Shown here in pieces: positions 49,901-58,803 of a stretch of DNA of 64,000 nt. The first letter of the stretch is position 1; the number at the start of each line of letters is the position of its first letter. The DNA is from Candidatus Sumerlaeaceae bacterium. GTDB taxonomy: Bacteria; Sumerlaeota; Sumerlaeia; Sumerlaeales; Sumerlaeaceae. The stretch is from assembly GCA_051003195.1 (NCBI GenBank), contig JBPCLP010000021.1, forward strand, positions 32,001-96,000. The letters run 5' to 3'. Below the pieces are notes generated by a model that made no database searches, was not told where the DNA came from, and saw only the letters and a program-made list of their open reading frames with translations. Made by a program: the position numbers and the translations under genes.

Positions 49901-52755
49901 GTCACGCTGGTGGTACGATCACGCAGCGTGGCCGTAAATTCGCGCACGGTCTCAAGTTCGCGCTTAGTAACATAACGATACGATCCGTCATCCCGCTTGA
50001 GGATGCTGTTATATCTAACGCGGCTGATGGTGCCGGTCAGCTCTGCGGTTTCCACCGCTGTACCATCCGGGCGCACTGCAATCAGTTCAAACTCCGCAAC
50101 CTTTCCCGTCTGCGCGAATGTCTCCGCACTGCTTTTCGCACCGACGTAGTACTCAACCGGGTCCACTTTGCGTTCGACAAGGGATGTAACGCTCCGCCCG
50201 CCGATGTCCTTCACCGTGACCTGCACTTCTGCGCGAAGCGCGGATGCTGGCAGTCTTTTCGGCAGCTCCACGGTGATTGTCGCGCCGCCGTTCTGATCGG
50301 TGGTTTGCTCATCGAGCTTTCGCTCCAGCGGCTCGTATTTGCTGTCGAGATCACCGAAGGTGAAGCCGGCGTATCCTGTTGGCGAGAAAGACTCCGTGCG
50401 AAACAGCGCAGTGCCGGTGACCGCACGTCCTGCCGCCGGCTGGCCGAACATCTCCTGCGCATGGATGGAAACACTCAGCGGGATCGCCCTGCTGAAACGT
50501 ACGTCCGCGGCGGTGGCTTCTACTTTCAGACGGTTCGGTAAATAATCTTCGACACGAAATTCCGTTTTGCCCAGCAGCTCCGGTTCATCGTCGGCCTCTT
50601 CCTCGTCATCCATCCCGCGGTGTTCACGGTCCTTTTTGCGAAGCGATCGCTCAGCGGTGCCGCCAAGCTGAATGTTGGCGGTGTACAGGCCCGTCGGCGC
50701 AAACTCGGGGATCCGTAACTCGGTAACCAGTGTTCCGCTTGAGCTCGCGGTGACGGGCAAAGGATCCCACTTCCGTCCGTCCGGCCGCTCAATCTGCAGT
50801 TCCAGCGGAAATGCTGCAGGCACCGCGCTATCTTTACCTCGCACATGGCCGAGCAGGTGAACCAGTTCTCCCGGGCGATAGACACCTCGTTCAGGTGACA
50901 CAAATGCCTCGTAACCTTTTCGGAGGTAGTCGCGTAGCGCGTCGTTACGTTCGGTGTCGTCCGGGTCATCCGTTTCAGAGGCGCCTTCTAATGTCTTTGA
51001 GAGGTCGAGATAGCACACGTCGGCTCCCGATTCCGCGACAATGATGTCAGCCGTCTTTTCGCTGCTCTTTCCGAGACCTTTAATCACTGCGATACCGTTG
51101 GCGTCGGTTTGGGCCTCACCAATCTGCTGGTTTGCACTGCTGTAAGCGCGAACCTTTGCATCCGCGACTGGCTTGGCGCTATCGAGTGCCGTCACCCACA
51201 CCGTCGCTTCGTTTCCTGCGCGCTTGCCGGTGATCCCCAGGTTCGAGACGATGATAACTTCCCCGTCTTTATACGGAGAGTTCCACGAGGAGTACTCGTC
51301 CGACTCGTAATCTTCGAAGTCCTGAGCTTGCGCAGAGTCCTTCTTCTCATCCTTTGCCGGTTGCTCGGCCTGCACCTGCACATAGTAGATTCCCTCCGGC
51401 TTCGCACCCAGCACCTCGTGAAGATCCACCTCGGTGGTCGACACCTTCGCGGGCTCCTTAACCGAAAAAGTTTTCGTGCCGATGGAATGGCCAAATTGCT
51501 CGACCGCATACTTGTCGCGGCCATTGTGGTTGTTTGCGAAGAACACGAGATTATTATCGTAGAGTCGCGTAGCCTTGACCCTGAAAACAGGGACCTGGGT
51601 GGAGCGAACGCGCAGGCGCATTCTCCCCGCGGAGGAGAGATGGCCACCCGCCTCTTTCAGCTCCATGAACCCTTTCATGGCGGGAACCCACGTCGACAAC
51701 GAAACTTCCCGGAACAGTAATTCGCCATTTGTGCCGAGCAGGCCAGGCTTCACCATCACCGTATAGCGGGTCTCTGGGTGGAACGGGCCGTTCAGTTTAA
51801 GTGTTTCGTAGTCTGATGTCACTTCGAACGCGACATCCGGGGATATGGAGATGTACTTTTTGATATCATCCATACTTACGGGATTAGAAAAGTGTAGAGA
51901 AAGCGTTGCGCGGTCCTTGTCCCAACCCGCCGTCAATTTATCGGGCAGCAGCTTAAACTCCAATGCGACGGGCCGCTCTTCGCGCTCGCGTATTCCAAGA
52001 GGACCGGCAGCGCCGCGCAAGCCGGGTTCCAGCACGAGTGTCAGCCGGTCGGTTGTCAACGGATCGGTTTCCACCTGGATCTTCCGCGCGATGACGTCCT
52101 TCTGCGGTTTCCAGCCCAGCACCTGGTCGCCGCTTCGGAACGAAAGCGATTTCTCGAGTTCTGCAGGCGAAACGTCGTCACTGAAATGGAGCGAAACAAT
52201 TACGCGCCGGTCTTTTGTAAAACCGACCTGCTCCACCTCGTGCAGTTCCAGCGGCTGTGTCTCGAAAGTGAATTCGTTCGGTCCTGTCAGTTTTCGGCCA
52301 CCGGCGTCCTGCAAATCGGGAGTTAGGCGCATCGCGTACCGGGTGCCTGCACGCAGCGAACGCTGCGGGACAAACGTGAGTACGCGAGGGCTGGTCCACT
52401 CTGCGTAGCCCTCAAGTGATGGATCGAACTGTAGAACACCGGCGGCCGCGCGTGAACTATCCAGGGCTTTGGTCGAGACAACGTCCGTACTGAAGACAAA
52501 GCGTATACTCGCATGCTGGGACTGGCCGGTTCCACTGGGATAAACCCGCGCCACCTTGAATGACGGGGCGCCTGCCGGTGTTGCGGCTGGAGTCTGTTTG
52601 CCGCGTGCAGCCAGCGTTGCGGCTTTAGTGCCTGCCGCGGGTCCGGAGCGCGGCTGCGCAGCCGTCGCGCGAGGCGTCTGGGCAATGGCTAAATTTGCAA
52701 CTGCTGATGTGGCCAGCAAAAGCGCCGCAATGGCGCACTGGGGTGACGGTGTCAT
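46984..52755 (-). CDS. Bacterial alpha-2-macroglobulin (YfhM family)
   Basis: 1923 aa; ERGVYRPGE, AVDEGILSLT, PRFLAPGD, thioester YGCLEQ, WGTTQDNA, DLLPAGLEIEN, MYDP. Confidence 0.95.
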   Translation of the reverse strand: MTPSPQCAIAALLLATSAVANLAIAQTPRATAAQPRSGPAAGTKAATLAARGKQTPAATPAGAPSFKVARVYPSGTGQSQHASIRFVFSTDVVSTKALDSSRAAAGVLQFDPSLEGYAEWTSPRVLTFVPQRSLRAGTRYAMRLTPDLQDAGGRKLTGPNEFTFETQPLELHEVEQVGFTKDRRVIVSLHFSDDVSPAELEKSLSFRSGDQVLGWKPQKDVIARKIQVETDPLTTDRLTLVLEPGLRGAAGPLGIREREERPVALEFKLLPDKLTAGWDKDRATLSLHFSNPVSMDDIKKYISISPDVAFEVTSDYETLKLNGPFHPETRYTVMVKPGLLGTNGELLFREVSLSTWVPAMKGFMELKEAGGHLSSAGRMRLRVRSTQVPVFRVKATRLYDNNLVFFANNHNGRDKYAVEQFGHSIGTKTFSVKEPAKVSTTEVDLHEVLGAKPEGIYYVQVQAEQPAKDEKKDSAQAQDFEDYESDEYSSWNSPYKDGEVIIVSNLGITGKRAGNEATVWVTALDSAKPVADAKVRAYSSANQQIGEAQTDANGIAVIKGLGKSSEKTADIIVAESGADVCYLDLSKTLEGASETDDPDDTERNDALRDYLRKGYEAFVSPERGVYRPGELVHLLGHVRGKDSAVPAAFPLELQIERPDGRKWDPLPVTASSSGTLVTELRIPEFAPTGLYTANIQLGGTAERSLRKKDREHRGMDDEEEADDEPELLGKTEFRVEDYLPNRLKVEATAADVRFSRAIPLSVSIHAQEMFGQPAAGRAVTGTALFRTESFSPTGYAGFTFGDLDSKYEPLERKLDEQTTDQNGGATITVELPKRLPASALRAEVQVTVKDIGGRSVTSLVERKVDPVEYYVGAKSSAETFAQTGKVAEFELIAVRPDGTAVETAELTGTISRVRYNSILKRDDGSYRYVTKRELETVREFTATLRDRTTSVTWTPSEPGSYLLRVASTATGSLTALPFHVSSPNWGEQPWSMEKPEQLELVLDKKSYAPGDKARLLIKSPFAGTLLLTTEQDNVLTSQVITMAHNTHEIELPVDAAMAPNFYCVASVVRAVKPEEKWLPHRAFGSANVRLSSDHRRIAIDVNQPEETRPQQPLTVSVSAKDANTSQPIAAELVVWAVDEGILSLTDFETPDPLDFFTAARRLLVTTADFFAELMPEITERAGEKSAVGGDEAAGRKLSPIHTERVKPTVIWKGIVKTDDQGSATVTLDVPQFMGQLRVIAVAAADQRMGSGDSNVYVRNPLMIKESLPRFLAPGDDVTIPFVLYNNTDTPQPVQFTVLTSGPLSLSTNWTGAATDSKAASRQTEAIAARGMLTLPVRMRVADSVGPAEVHFAGTMGAESYADTVRLPVRPAMPFTSQSGVETVNAGESKPLTFPQTQFVAGTSTGTLVVSSMPTVHLASAIKYLYYYKYGCLEQTVSSGFPLLFVPELADLITSGEANRYVVESKVQWCVDRLLSMQLSNGGFVMWQGQRDPWDWGTIYAVHFLVEAKKAGYDVSETALDEALDYLRANMGSFSDDTSLDTMTERCYAAYVVAAAGKRNLERQEALFEARARLTPTARALLASSFAMAGNAAEARTLMAEPVTFQTTETRRQTGGILSSPARELALLLSAALDTNSGAAEVPQLVDRLQKLRGRDGHWGTTQDNAFAIWALGKYTKKISGTPQDFTGSIRGAARSFDFQSSESLHVSMEDVTNAAVVEVSGQGRAYLAWTVEGVPTKLDTTSVSRGISVERIFLDRKNRRLDPRNLQQGQLVVVEVKLQSARSLKNVVIEDLLPAGLEIENANLATSEQISGDSSEHTADDSDEGAAADEENEPSDAEADNEPSDTQGAGGLNIQRTDARDDRMLAFVDLDGSGSAIKGTFRYAARAVSQGTFVLPPVQASCMYDPEIQARSGAGTVVVLPKP

Positions 52756-53292
52756 CGTTCATACTCACTTAAGTCATTTGGCACAGCAGGACAACGCTTC
52801 GGCTACTCGGACCCCCGGCTGGTCTCCATTGCAAGTGCGGCGATTTTCCTGCTGACTCTTGGGGAACGGTTTGGATATGCTGACCTGCGCAGGAGTCGGG
52901 TTGCTGGCGGCACCTTAGAAGGCGACGAGCGGCGCTCTCCCATGAAATCGGCTTTACGTTCAGTCCGACCGCGAAAATCCGGTACGGGTTGGCTTTTCAC
53001 GGCAGTGCGCCATTGGGCAGGTCGACCGATACATTCCGTCGCAGCGGCCATAAGCTTCGGGCGTATTTTTTTAACGCCATGCTATGCAATCATCTATACT
53101 AGTAGCCATGTGAGTTGGATGGAGTGCCAATCTCGATATGAGGCGTGAATCCTAAAGCCATCGACATTCCGGACGGTGGTATGCTTCTTGAGAGAAGAAG
53201 TGCTACTTAAATCGGCTTTTTTGCGCCAGAGCCATGGCCTGAAGCTGCTTAATAGTATCGCAGGAGAAGGTCGGGGCGGAGTACTATACGTG

Positions 53293-55017
53293 ATGATGAT
53301 GTTTAATCAAGAACGGCAACTTGGCCAGATCCTGGTGACACAGGGCAAGCTGGACACGGACGACCTCGACCAGGCCCTGCGTGAGCACCACAAATCAGGC
53401 GACCGGCTGGGTGATGTCCTGGTGCGGATGGGCCTCGCCAGTGAGGACGACGTACAGCGCACGCTGGCGGACCAGTTGCAGCTTCCGTTCGTGAAAATCA
53501 GCGAAAACCCGATCCGCAAGGAAGTCATCGAAAAGATACCCGCCAAGCTGGTGAACCACTACAACCTGGTTCCACTGGAGCAGCTGAACGGCACGCTGCG
53601 AGTGGCGGTGGTCGACCCGCAGGACATCCACATGCTAGATGACCTGCGGCTCATGCTGAAGCTCGAGATCGAGCCGGTGGTCTCCACGAAGAAGGAGATC
53701 GAGGAAGCGATCAAGAAGTACTACGGCATCGGCGCGGCAACGGTGGAAGGCATGCTGGAGGACCAGGCCGCAGCCGGCAACACCATCGACGTTGAACGCA
53801 GTGTCGAGAACATCGAGGACATGGCCGAGGATGCGTCCATTGTCCGATTCGTAAACCAGATTATCAGCGAAGCGATGAACGACCGCGCGACGGATATTCA
53901 CGTGGAGCCGCTGGAGCATGAGCTTCGTGTGCGGTATCGCATCGATGGTCTGCTGTACGAGGCGGCGATTCCCCCTTCAATCAAACGGTTTCAGTCGGCC
54001 ATCATATCGCGCCTCAAGATTATGGCCGACCTTAATATCGCGGAGCGGCGCCTTCCGCAGGACGGTAAGATTAAAATCCGCGCGACGGACAAGGAATACG
54101 ATCTTCGTGTATCGACGGTTCCAACGCCTTACGGGGAGTCGATCGCGATTCGTATTCTGTCGAGGGAGTCGGAGCTCGTAAGCCTGAACCGCCTCGGGCT
54201 GGATGATTACAACCAGGGACTGCTGCGCGCGATGATTATGAAACCGCACGGCATTCTGTTCGTAACCGGCCCCACGGGCTCCGGTAAATCGACGACGCTG
54301 TACGCATCCCTGAGTGAAATTAATAACACCGATAAAAAGATTCTAACGGTCGAGGACCCGATCGAGTACCGGATTCCCGGCGTAACCCAGGTGCAGGTGC
54401 AGGAGCACATCGACCTTACATTCAAGAACGTGCTCCGAAGCTTCCTGCGTCAGGACCCTGACGTGATCATGGTGGGTGAGACGCGCGATTCCGAGACGGC
54501 ACAAACGGCCATCCAGGCGGCTCTGACCGGTCATATGGTGTTCTCGACCCTGCACACCAACGACGCTACGGGTGCGGTGAGCCGACTCCTGGATATGGGA
54601 ATCGAACCGTTCCTGATCGCGAGCTCTGTGGAAGGACTTATCGCGCAACGACTTGTGCGTGTGTTGTGTCCGCATTGTAAGCAAGGGTATCAACCAGGGC
54701 CAGAAGTCATCACCCGCCTGCGCGGCCAGAAGTTCGACTTTACGAATGCCCAGTTTACACGCCCGGTTGGATGCGAGAAGTGCCGCTTTACAGGATTCCG
54801 CGGACGTACGGCGATCTACGAGATCGTCAAGATCACGGAAGAGCTGAAGGCGCTGATCGTCGACCGAAAACCGGCGAACGTGCTGAAGCGGCAGGCGATC
54901 GCCAGCGGGCTGCGCACCATTCGTGAAGACGGGTTCCACAAGGTACGCGACGGCATTACCACCATCGATGAAGTGATGCGCGTCACGATGGAGGATGAGT
55001 TCAACAATGTTGCGTAG
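53293..55017 (+). CDS. gspE: T2SS/T4P assembly ATPase GspE/PilB with N-terminal MshEN-like domain
   Basis: ATDIHVEP, AERRLPQDG, GPTGSGKSTT, LRQDPD, STLHTNDA, CPHC..CEKC. Confidence 0.93.
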   Translation: MMMFNQERQLGQILVTQGKLDTDDLDQALREHHKSGDRLGDVLVRMGLASEDDVQRTLADQLQLPFVKISENPIRKEVIEKIPAKLVNHYNLVPLEQLNGTLRVAVVDPQDIHMLDDLRLMLKLEIEPVVSTKKEIEEAIKKYYGIGAATVEGMLEDQAAAGNTIDVERSVENIEDMAEDASIVRFVNQIISEAMNDRATDIHVEPLEHELRVRYRIDGLLYEAAIPPSIKRFQSAIISRLKIMADLNIAERRLPQDGKIKIRATDKEYDLRVSTVPTPYGESIAIRILSRESELVSLNRLGLDDYNQGLLRAMIMKPHGILFVTGPTGSGKSTTLYASLSEINNTDKKILTVEDPIEYRIPGVTQVQVQEHIDLTFKNVLRSFLRQDPDVIMVGETRDSETAQTAIQAALTGHMVFSTLHTNDATGAVSRLLDMGIEPFLIASSVEGLIAQRLVRVLCPHCKQGYQPGPEVITRLRGQKFDFTNAQFTRPVGCEKCRFTGFRGRTAIYEIVKITEELKALIVDRKPANVLKRQAIASGLRTIREDGFHKVRDGITTIDEVMRVTMEDEFNNVA

Positions 55018-55021
55018 CCGC

Positions 55022-55183
55022 ATGGAGATGGATCGCGTGCATTCGCCGTTCTTCGAGGATGCGCGGGAATGGTCCGGCCATGTGGGTTTCGATTTTCTCG
55101 GACGGCTTCTGATGGTGCTTGGGCTGATTGCTCCGCCGCTGACGATACTCGCCGCAGTGGCGTACTACGCGACGCACCTGTAA
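55022..55183 (+). CDS. Small single-TM hypothetical protein
   Basis: 53-aa ORF starting 5 bp after gspE stop, C-terminal hydrophobic helix. Confidence 0.4.
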   Translation: MEMDRVHSPFFEDAREWSGHVGFDFLGRLLMVLGLIAPPLTILAAVAYYATHL

Positions 55184-55317
55184 CAGAATTACCGATTACG
55201 AGTTGAGCTGCAGACTACGCATTGTGCTTTGGGGGGGATTGCGGATTCGGAACGCGAATCTGCCATCGTTCACACTGAAATACAGGGTCGATTCAGGACA
55301 GGAGTTCTCGGGAAGCT

Positions 55318-56532
55318 GTGCCGCAGTTCAGTTATAAAGCGAAGGATACCACCGGGCAGACCGTGAACGGCGTGCTGGAGGCTGAGTCCAGCACAGTGGC
55401 GGTGTCGCGTCTGCAACAGATGGGATTCTTTCCCCTGAACGTGCAGGACGCAAAGAGCGCGAGCGCCGATGCCGGTGCGGCGGTACGCCGGCGCGCGAAA
55501 TCAGTCAAGATTAACGACATGGCGACCTTCAACCGGCAACTGGCAGACCTGCTGAGCTCGGGCATTCCCCTCGTGAAAGCGCTGAGCGTTATACAAAACC
55601 AGACGCCAAATCCGACGCTGGTCGAAGTGATCACACAGATCACACAGGACGTGTCGGGTGGCGATTCGCTGGCTGGCGCGATGTCGAAGCATCCGAAGAT
55701 TTTCTCGAAACTATATGTCGCGATGGTGCGATCCGGCGAAGCCGGAGGACTGCTGGACCAGGTGCTTCAGCGACTGGCGGATTTTGCGGAGAGCGAAGCC
55801 GAAACTCGCAGCAAGATCAAGAGCGCGCTGGCTTACCCGATGGTCATGGTGCTGGCCGGCAGCGGCGCTGTCATTGTGCTGATGACCGTCGTCATGCCAA
55901 AGATTCTGAAGATCTACAGCGATCTGAACCAGACGCTGCCGATGACCACGCAATTCCTTATCTTTTTCAGCGACGCGCTGCGAAGTTACTGGTACTTCTT
56001 CATCGGCGCACTCGTGGCACTTGTATTCGCATTCCGTCGGATGGCAGCAACTGCTGAAGGCAAGAAGGCGATTGATGCGTTTGTTGTAAAAATCCCGATA
56101 CTGGGCGCGATGATCGTGAAGAAGGAAATCGCAAACTTCGCGCGGACGCTTGGATCGCTGCTGCACAATGGCGTATCTATCCTCTCCGCTCTGGAGATCA
56201 CGATCGAGGTGCTGACGAACCGCACCGTCGCGGACGAAGTTTCGCAGATACCGCTCAATGTGACGCAGGGCGAAGGAATTGCCGCACCGTTAAGGAAATC
56301 AAAAGTGTTTCCGCCGGTGGTGGTGAACATGATGGCCATCGGGGAAGAAACGGGTCGGCTCGATGACGTGTTGATGAAGATCGCGCGTAGCTTCGACACG
56401 GAAGTGGATCGTGGAATGAAAACGCTGACGAGCCTGCTGGAGCCCATGGTTATCCTGGTGATGGGCATCGTGGTCGGTTTTATCGTGATCAGCATGCTGC
56501 TGCCGATTTTCTCGATCGACCCGGGAGCCTGA
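55318..56532 (+). CDS. gspF: T2SS/T4P inner-membrane platform GspF/PilC
   Basis: RQLADLLSSGIPL, SGEAGGLLD, KSALAYP, GEETGRLD, LLEP, MLLPIF. Confidence 0.95.
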   Translation: MPQFSYKAKDTTGQTVNGVLEAESSTVAVSRLQQMGFFPLNVQDAKSASADAGAAVRRRAKSVKINDMATFNRQLADLLSSGIPLVKALSVIQNQTPNPTLVEVITQITQDVSGGDSLAGAMSKHPKIFSKLYVAMVRSGEAGGLLDQVLQRLADFAESEAETRSKIKSALAYPMVMVLAGSGAVIVLMTVVMPKILKIYSDLNQTLPMTTQFLIFFSDALRSYWYFFIGALVALVFAFRRMAATAEGKKAIDAFVVKIPILGAMIVKKEIANFARTLGSLLHNGVSILSALEITIEVLTNRTVADEVSQIPLNVTQGEGIAAPLRKSKVFPPVVVNMMAIGEETGRLDDVLMKIARSFDTEVDRGMKTLTSLLEPMVILVMGIVVGFIVISMLLPIFSIDPGA

Positions 56533-56535
56533 CCA

Positions 56536-57276
56536 ATGCGGGACGGGGAACGCCGAGTGCGGAATATTTCTGAAAATCAGAATGACCAATGTGGGATTGC
56601 AACGCGTGGCAGAAAAACCCTGCGGGCAATTTGGAATTCGCACGTCCTGCGTACTCGGAAGTATTCCGCATTCCGAAATCCGAAATCCGCAGTCCGTTGC
56701 GGTTTTACGCTAATTGAAATCATGGTCGTGGTTACAATCCTCGCCGTGATGATGGCGGTGACATTTCCGTCGATGCGCGGAATGAATGAGAAGAACAAGC
56801 TGCGTGCAACCGCACGCCAACTGACTGCGCTTATGAAGTACGCCCGGACGGAGGCGGTGTTTGGCGAGCGCACCACGGAAGTTTTCCTGAACCTCGATAA
56901 GCGGGAATTCTGGATCGACCTGCGTGAGCCGGAGCCAGAGAAGGGTTCCGGCAGCAGCAAGAAGCCCACAGAGCGGAACATCGAACAGAAACGCGACATC
57001 GATGAAAACATCTGGTTCGAGGAGACGCAGGCGTACGACGAGAATATCATTGAGGGTAAGGACAAGGTCATCGCCGTGGATTTCTATCCCGATGGCAGTG
57101 CTTCGCCAACGCTGATCACGCTCGTCAACAAGCAGGGCACCCGGATGACGATCGAAGTGCTGAGGTCGACCGGGCAGATTGAGATTTCGCCCGGTTCCAT
57201 CGAAGAAAAGAAGGCGCAGGCTCAGGAACAGACGGTGACGCCGCCGCCTGCGCCCATGGGAGCATCCCGTGGCTAA
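56536..57276 (+). CDS. Minor pseudopilin GspH/FimT-like
   Basis: G|FTLIEIMVVV prepilin motif; ARTEAV; FYPDGSA; unusually long leader (start uncertain). Confidence 0.85.
   Translation: MRDGERRVRNISENQNDQCGIATRGRKTLRAIWNSHVLRTRKYSAFRNPKSAVRCGFTLIEIMVVVTILAVMMAVTFPSMRGMNEKNKLRATARQLTALMKYARTEAVFGERTTEVFLNLDKREFWIDLREPEPEKGSGSSKKPTERNIEQKRDIDENIWFEETQAYDENIIEGKDKVIAVDFYPDGSASPTLITLVNKQGTRMTIEVLRSTGQIEISPGSIEEKKAQAQEQTVTPPPAPMGASRG
56663..56697 (+). repeat. Tandem heptamer repeat (ATTCCGC/ATTCCGA/AATCCGA/AATCCGC/AGTCCGT)
   Basis: Five consecutive 7-mers just before the prepilin cleavage site; inverted partner GTGCGGAAT at 56557. Confidence 0.7.
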
Positions 57277-57760
57277 ATTTACTTCCGTGCGCAAAGTCAG
57301 CGGTTTCGTTCTGCTGGAAGTCGTGGTGTCGCTGGTAATACTGGGTATCGGCGTGGCGACCATCATGCGCTCCTTTACGGTTTCGATGGCGGCGATTCGA
57401 AGGAACGATGTGAGTGTGCAGGCGTTCGTGCTGGCCGAGTCGATGCTGCAGACGCTGGAGGTTACGCCGCCCCAGAAAGGCAGACTGACCGGAAGTTTCG
57501 AGGCGGATGGATTTTCGAGCTACTCGTGGGAAATGGAAGCCAAGGAAGAGGAGATCAAATATAAGAACCTGAAGACCGCCAGCCGCATTGAAGGGCTGCG
57601 GCCCTTGAACCACGTGAAGCTGAAGGTTACATACGACGATCACCGTAACCAAGTGCAGACGCCGGTTGAAGTGGACCTGATTGTCCCGCCGATTGAACGC
57701 TTTTCATACCAGTCGAAGTTCCTGAACGAGCTCTTCAAAGAGGAGGAACGGCGACGGTGA
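57269..57760 (+). CDS. Minor pseudopilin GspI-like
   Basis: G|FVLLEVVVSL motif; operon position. Confidence 0.8.
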   Translation: MAKFTSVRKVSGFVLLEVVVSLVILGIGVATIMRSFTVSMAAIRRNDVSVQAFVLAESMLQTLEVTPPQKGRLTGSFEADGFSSYSWEMEAKEEEIKYKNLKTASRIEGLRPLNHVKLKVTYDDHRNQVQTPVEVDLIVPPIERFSYQSKFLNELFKEEERRR

Positions 57761-58803
57761 GGTCTCGTTCCAGATTTAAAATTCAAAACTCGAAATTGGC
57801 AGGTAGCAATTCTGCCGGGTTTACGTTGATCGAAATTCTGGTCGCGATGGTGATTTTCTCGCTGGTGCTGGCATCAATGTTCACTGCTTTTCGGACGGGT
57901 ATCAAGGCGTACGACCTGGGTGTTACGCATGCGGAGGCGCAGCAGACCGGACGTTATGCCGTGAACCAGCTTGCGGAAGATATTCGCAATGTGTTCTATA
58001 AAACCGCGAGCAGCTATAACGTGACCAGGCGCCAGCGTGAAGCACTGCTGGAGCAACAGGAGCAACAGGCGCTTCAGCTGGGCCAGGCGAGTCGCGATCC
58101 GCAGATTGATGAGAATCTGCCAGAGCTGGGCCCTGCAATCGACCTGTCGTTCATGGGAGAGGACGGCGGAACGGTTGACCAGGTGACGTTTGTGCGGCAG
58201 CAGGGACCGAAGAGGGGCGAGGATCGCCCTTTGTGGGGACTGGAGCGAGTGCGCTACTTTGTGGCAAACAGCGCACTCTATCGCAGCACCGAAGACATTA
58301 CCGCGCCGGAAACGGATGAAAACGGCGTGGAGATTCCGAAGGCCGTTGCGCCACACGTCGATAAGATCGCCAATAACTGCACCGGCTTCGACGTAAAATA
58401 CGGATACTATTTCGAAACAGAGTTCCGGATGGCAGAGGGGTGGGATTCGAACGCAAGTCAGTACCGCAATCCAGTGGATGAGGAAGAGCTTGAATCGCAG
58501 GTCACGAATCCCGCGGGCGTGGCAGGCGGAACCGTCGTCAACCCGAACGGCCAGCAGCAACAACAGAAAGCGGACGATCTCCCGGGCTGGGTCGAAGTGA
58601 CATTTAAATTTGCGGATCCGCGCAAGGTCGAGCGCGAGCGCATTTACAAGCAAACGATGCTGATGTATAATAAGGGCGCGGAAGAGACATACGAGCCGCC
58701 GGACGACACAGAAGAAGCAGTGAACAGCAGCCGTAGTGGTGGAGGGCGGAGCAGCAGGCGCAATAATAGCGGGTCACAGCAGCGAAGAAGCCGAAACTCA
58801 TGA
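57757..58803 (+). CDS. Minor pseudopilin GspJ-like
   Basis: G|FTLIEILVAM; LAEDIRN; VRYFV; LPGWVEVT. Confidence 0.8.
   Translation: MRSRSRFKIQNSKLAGSNSAGFTLIEILVAMVIFSLVLASMFTAFRTGIKAYDLGVTHAEAQQTGRYAVNQLAEDIRNVFYKTASSYNVTRRQREALLEQQEQQALQLGQASRDPQIDENLPELGPAIDLSFMGEDGGTVDQVTFVRQQGPKRGEDRPLWGLERVRYFVANSALYRSTEDITAPETDENGVEIPKAVAPHVDKIANNCTGFDVKYGYYFETEFRMAEGWDSNASQYRNPVDEEELESQVTNPAGVAGGTVVNPNGQQQQQKADDLPGWVEVTFKFADPRKVERERIYKQTMLMYNKGAEETYEPPDDTEEAVNSSRSGGGRSSRRNNSGSQQRRSRNS

Noticed and set aside
52756..53292. Long divergent intergenic region as c-di-GMP riboswitch or ncRNA
   Set aside because: No conserved aptamer motif recognised; a covariance search (Rfam/Infernal) would be needed
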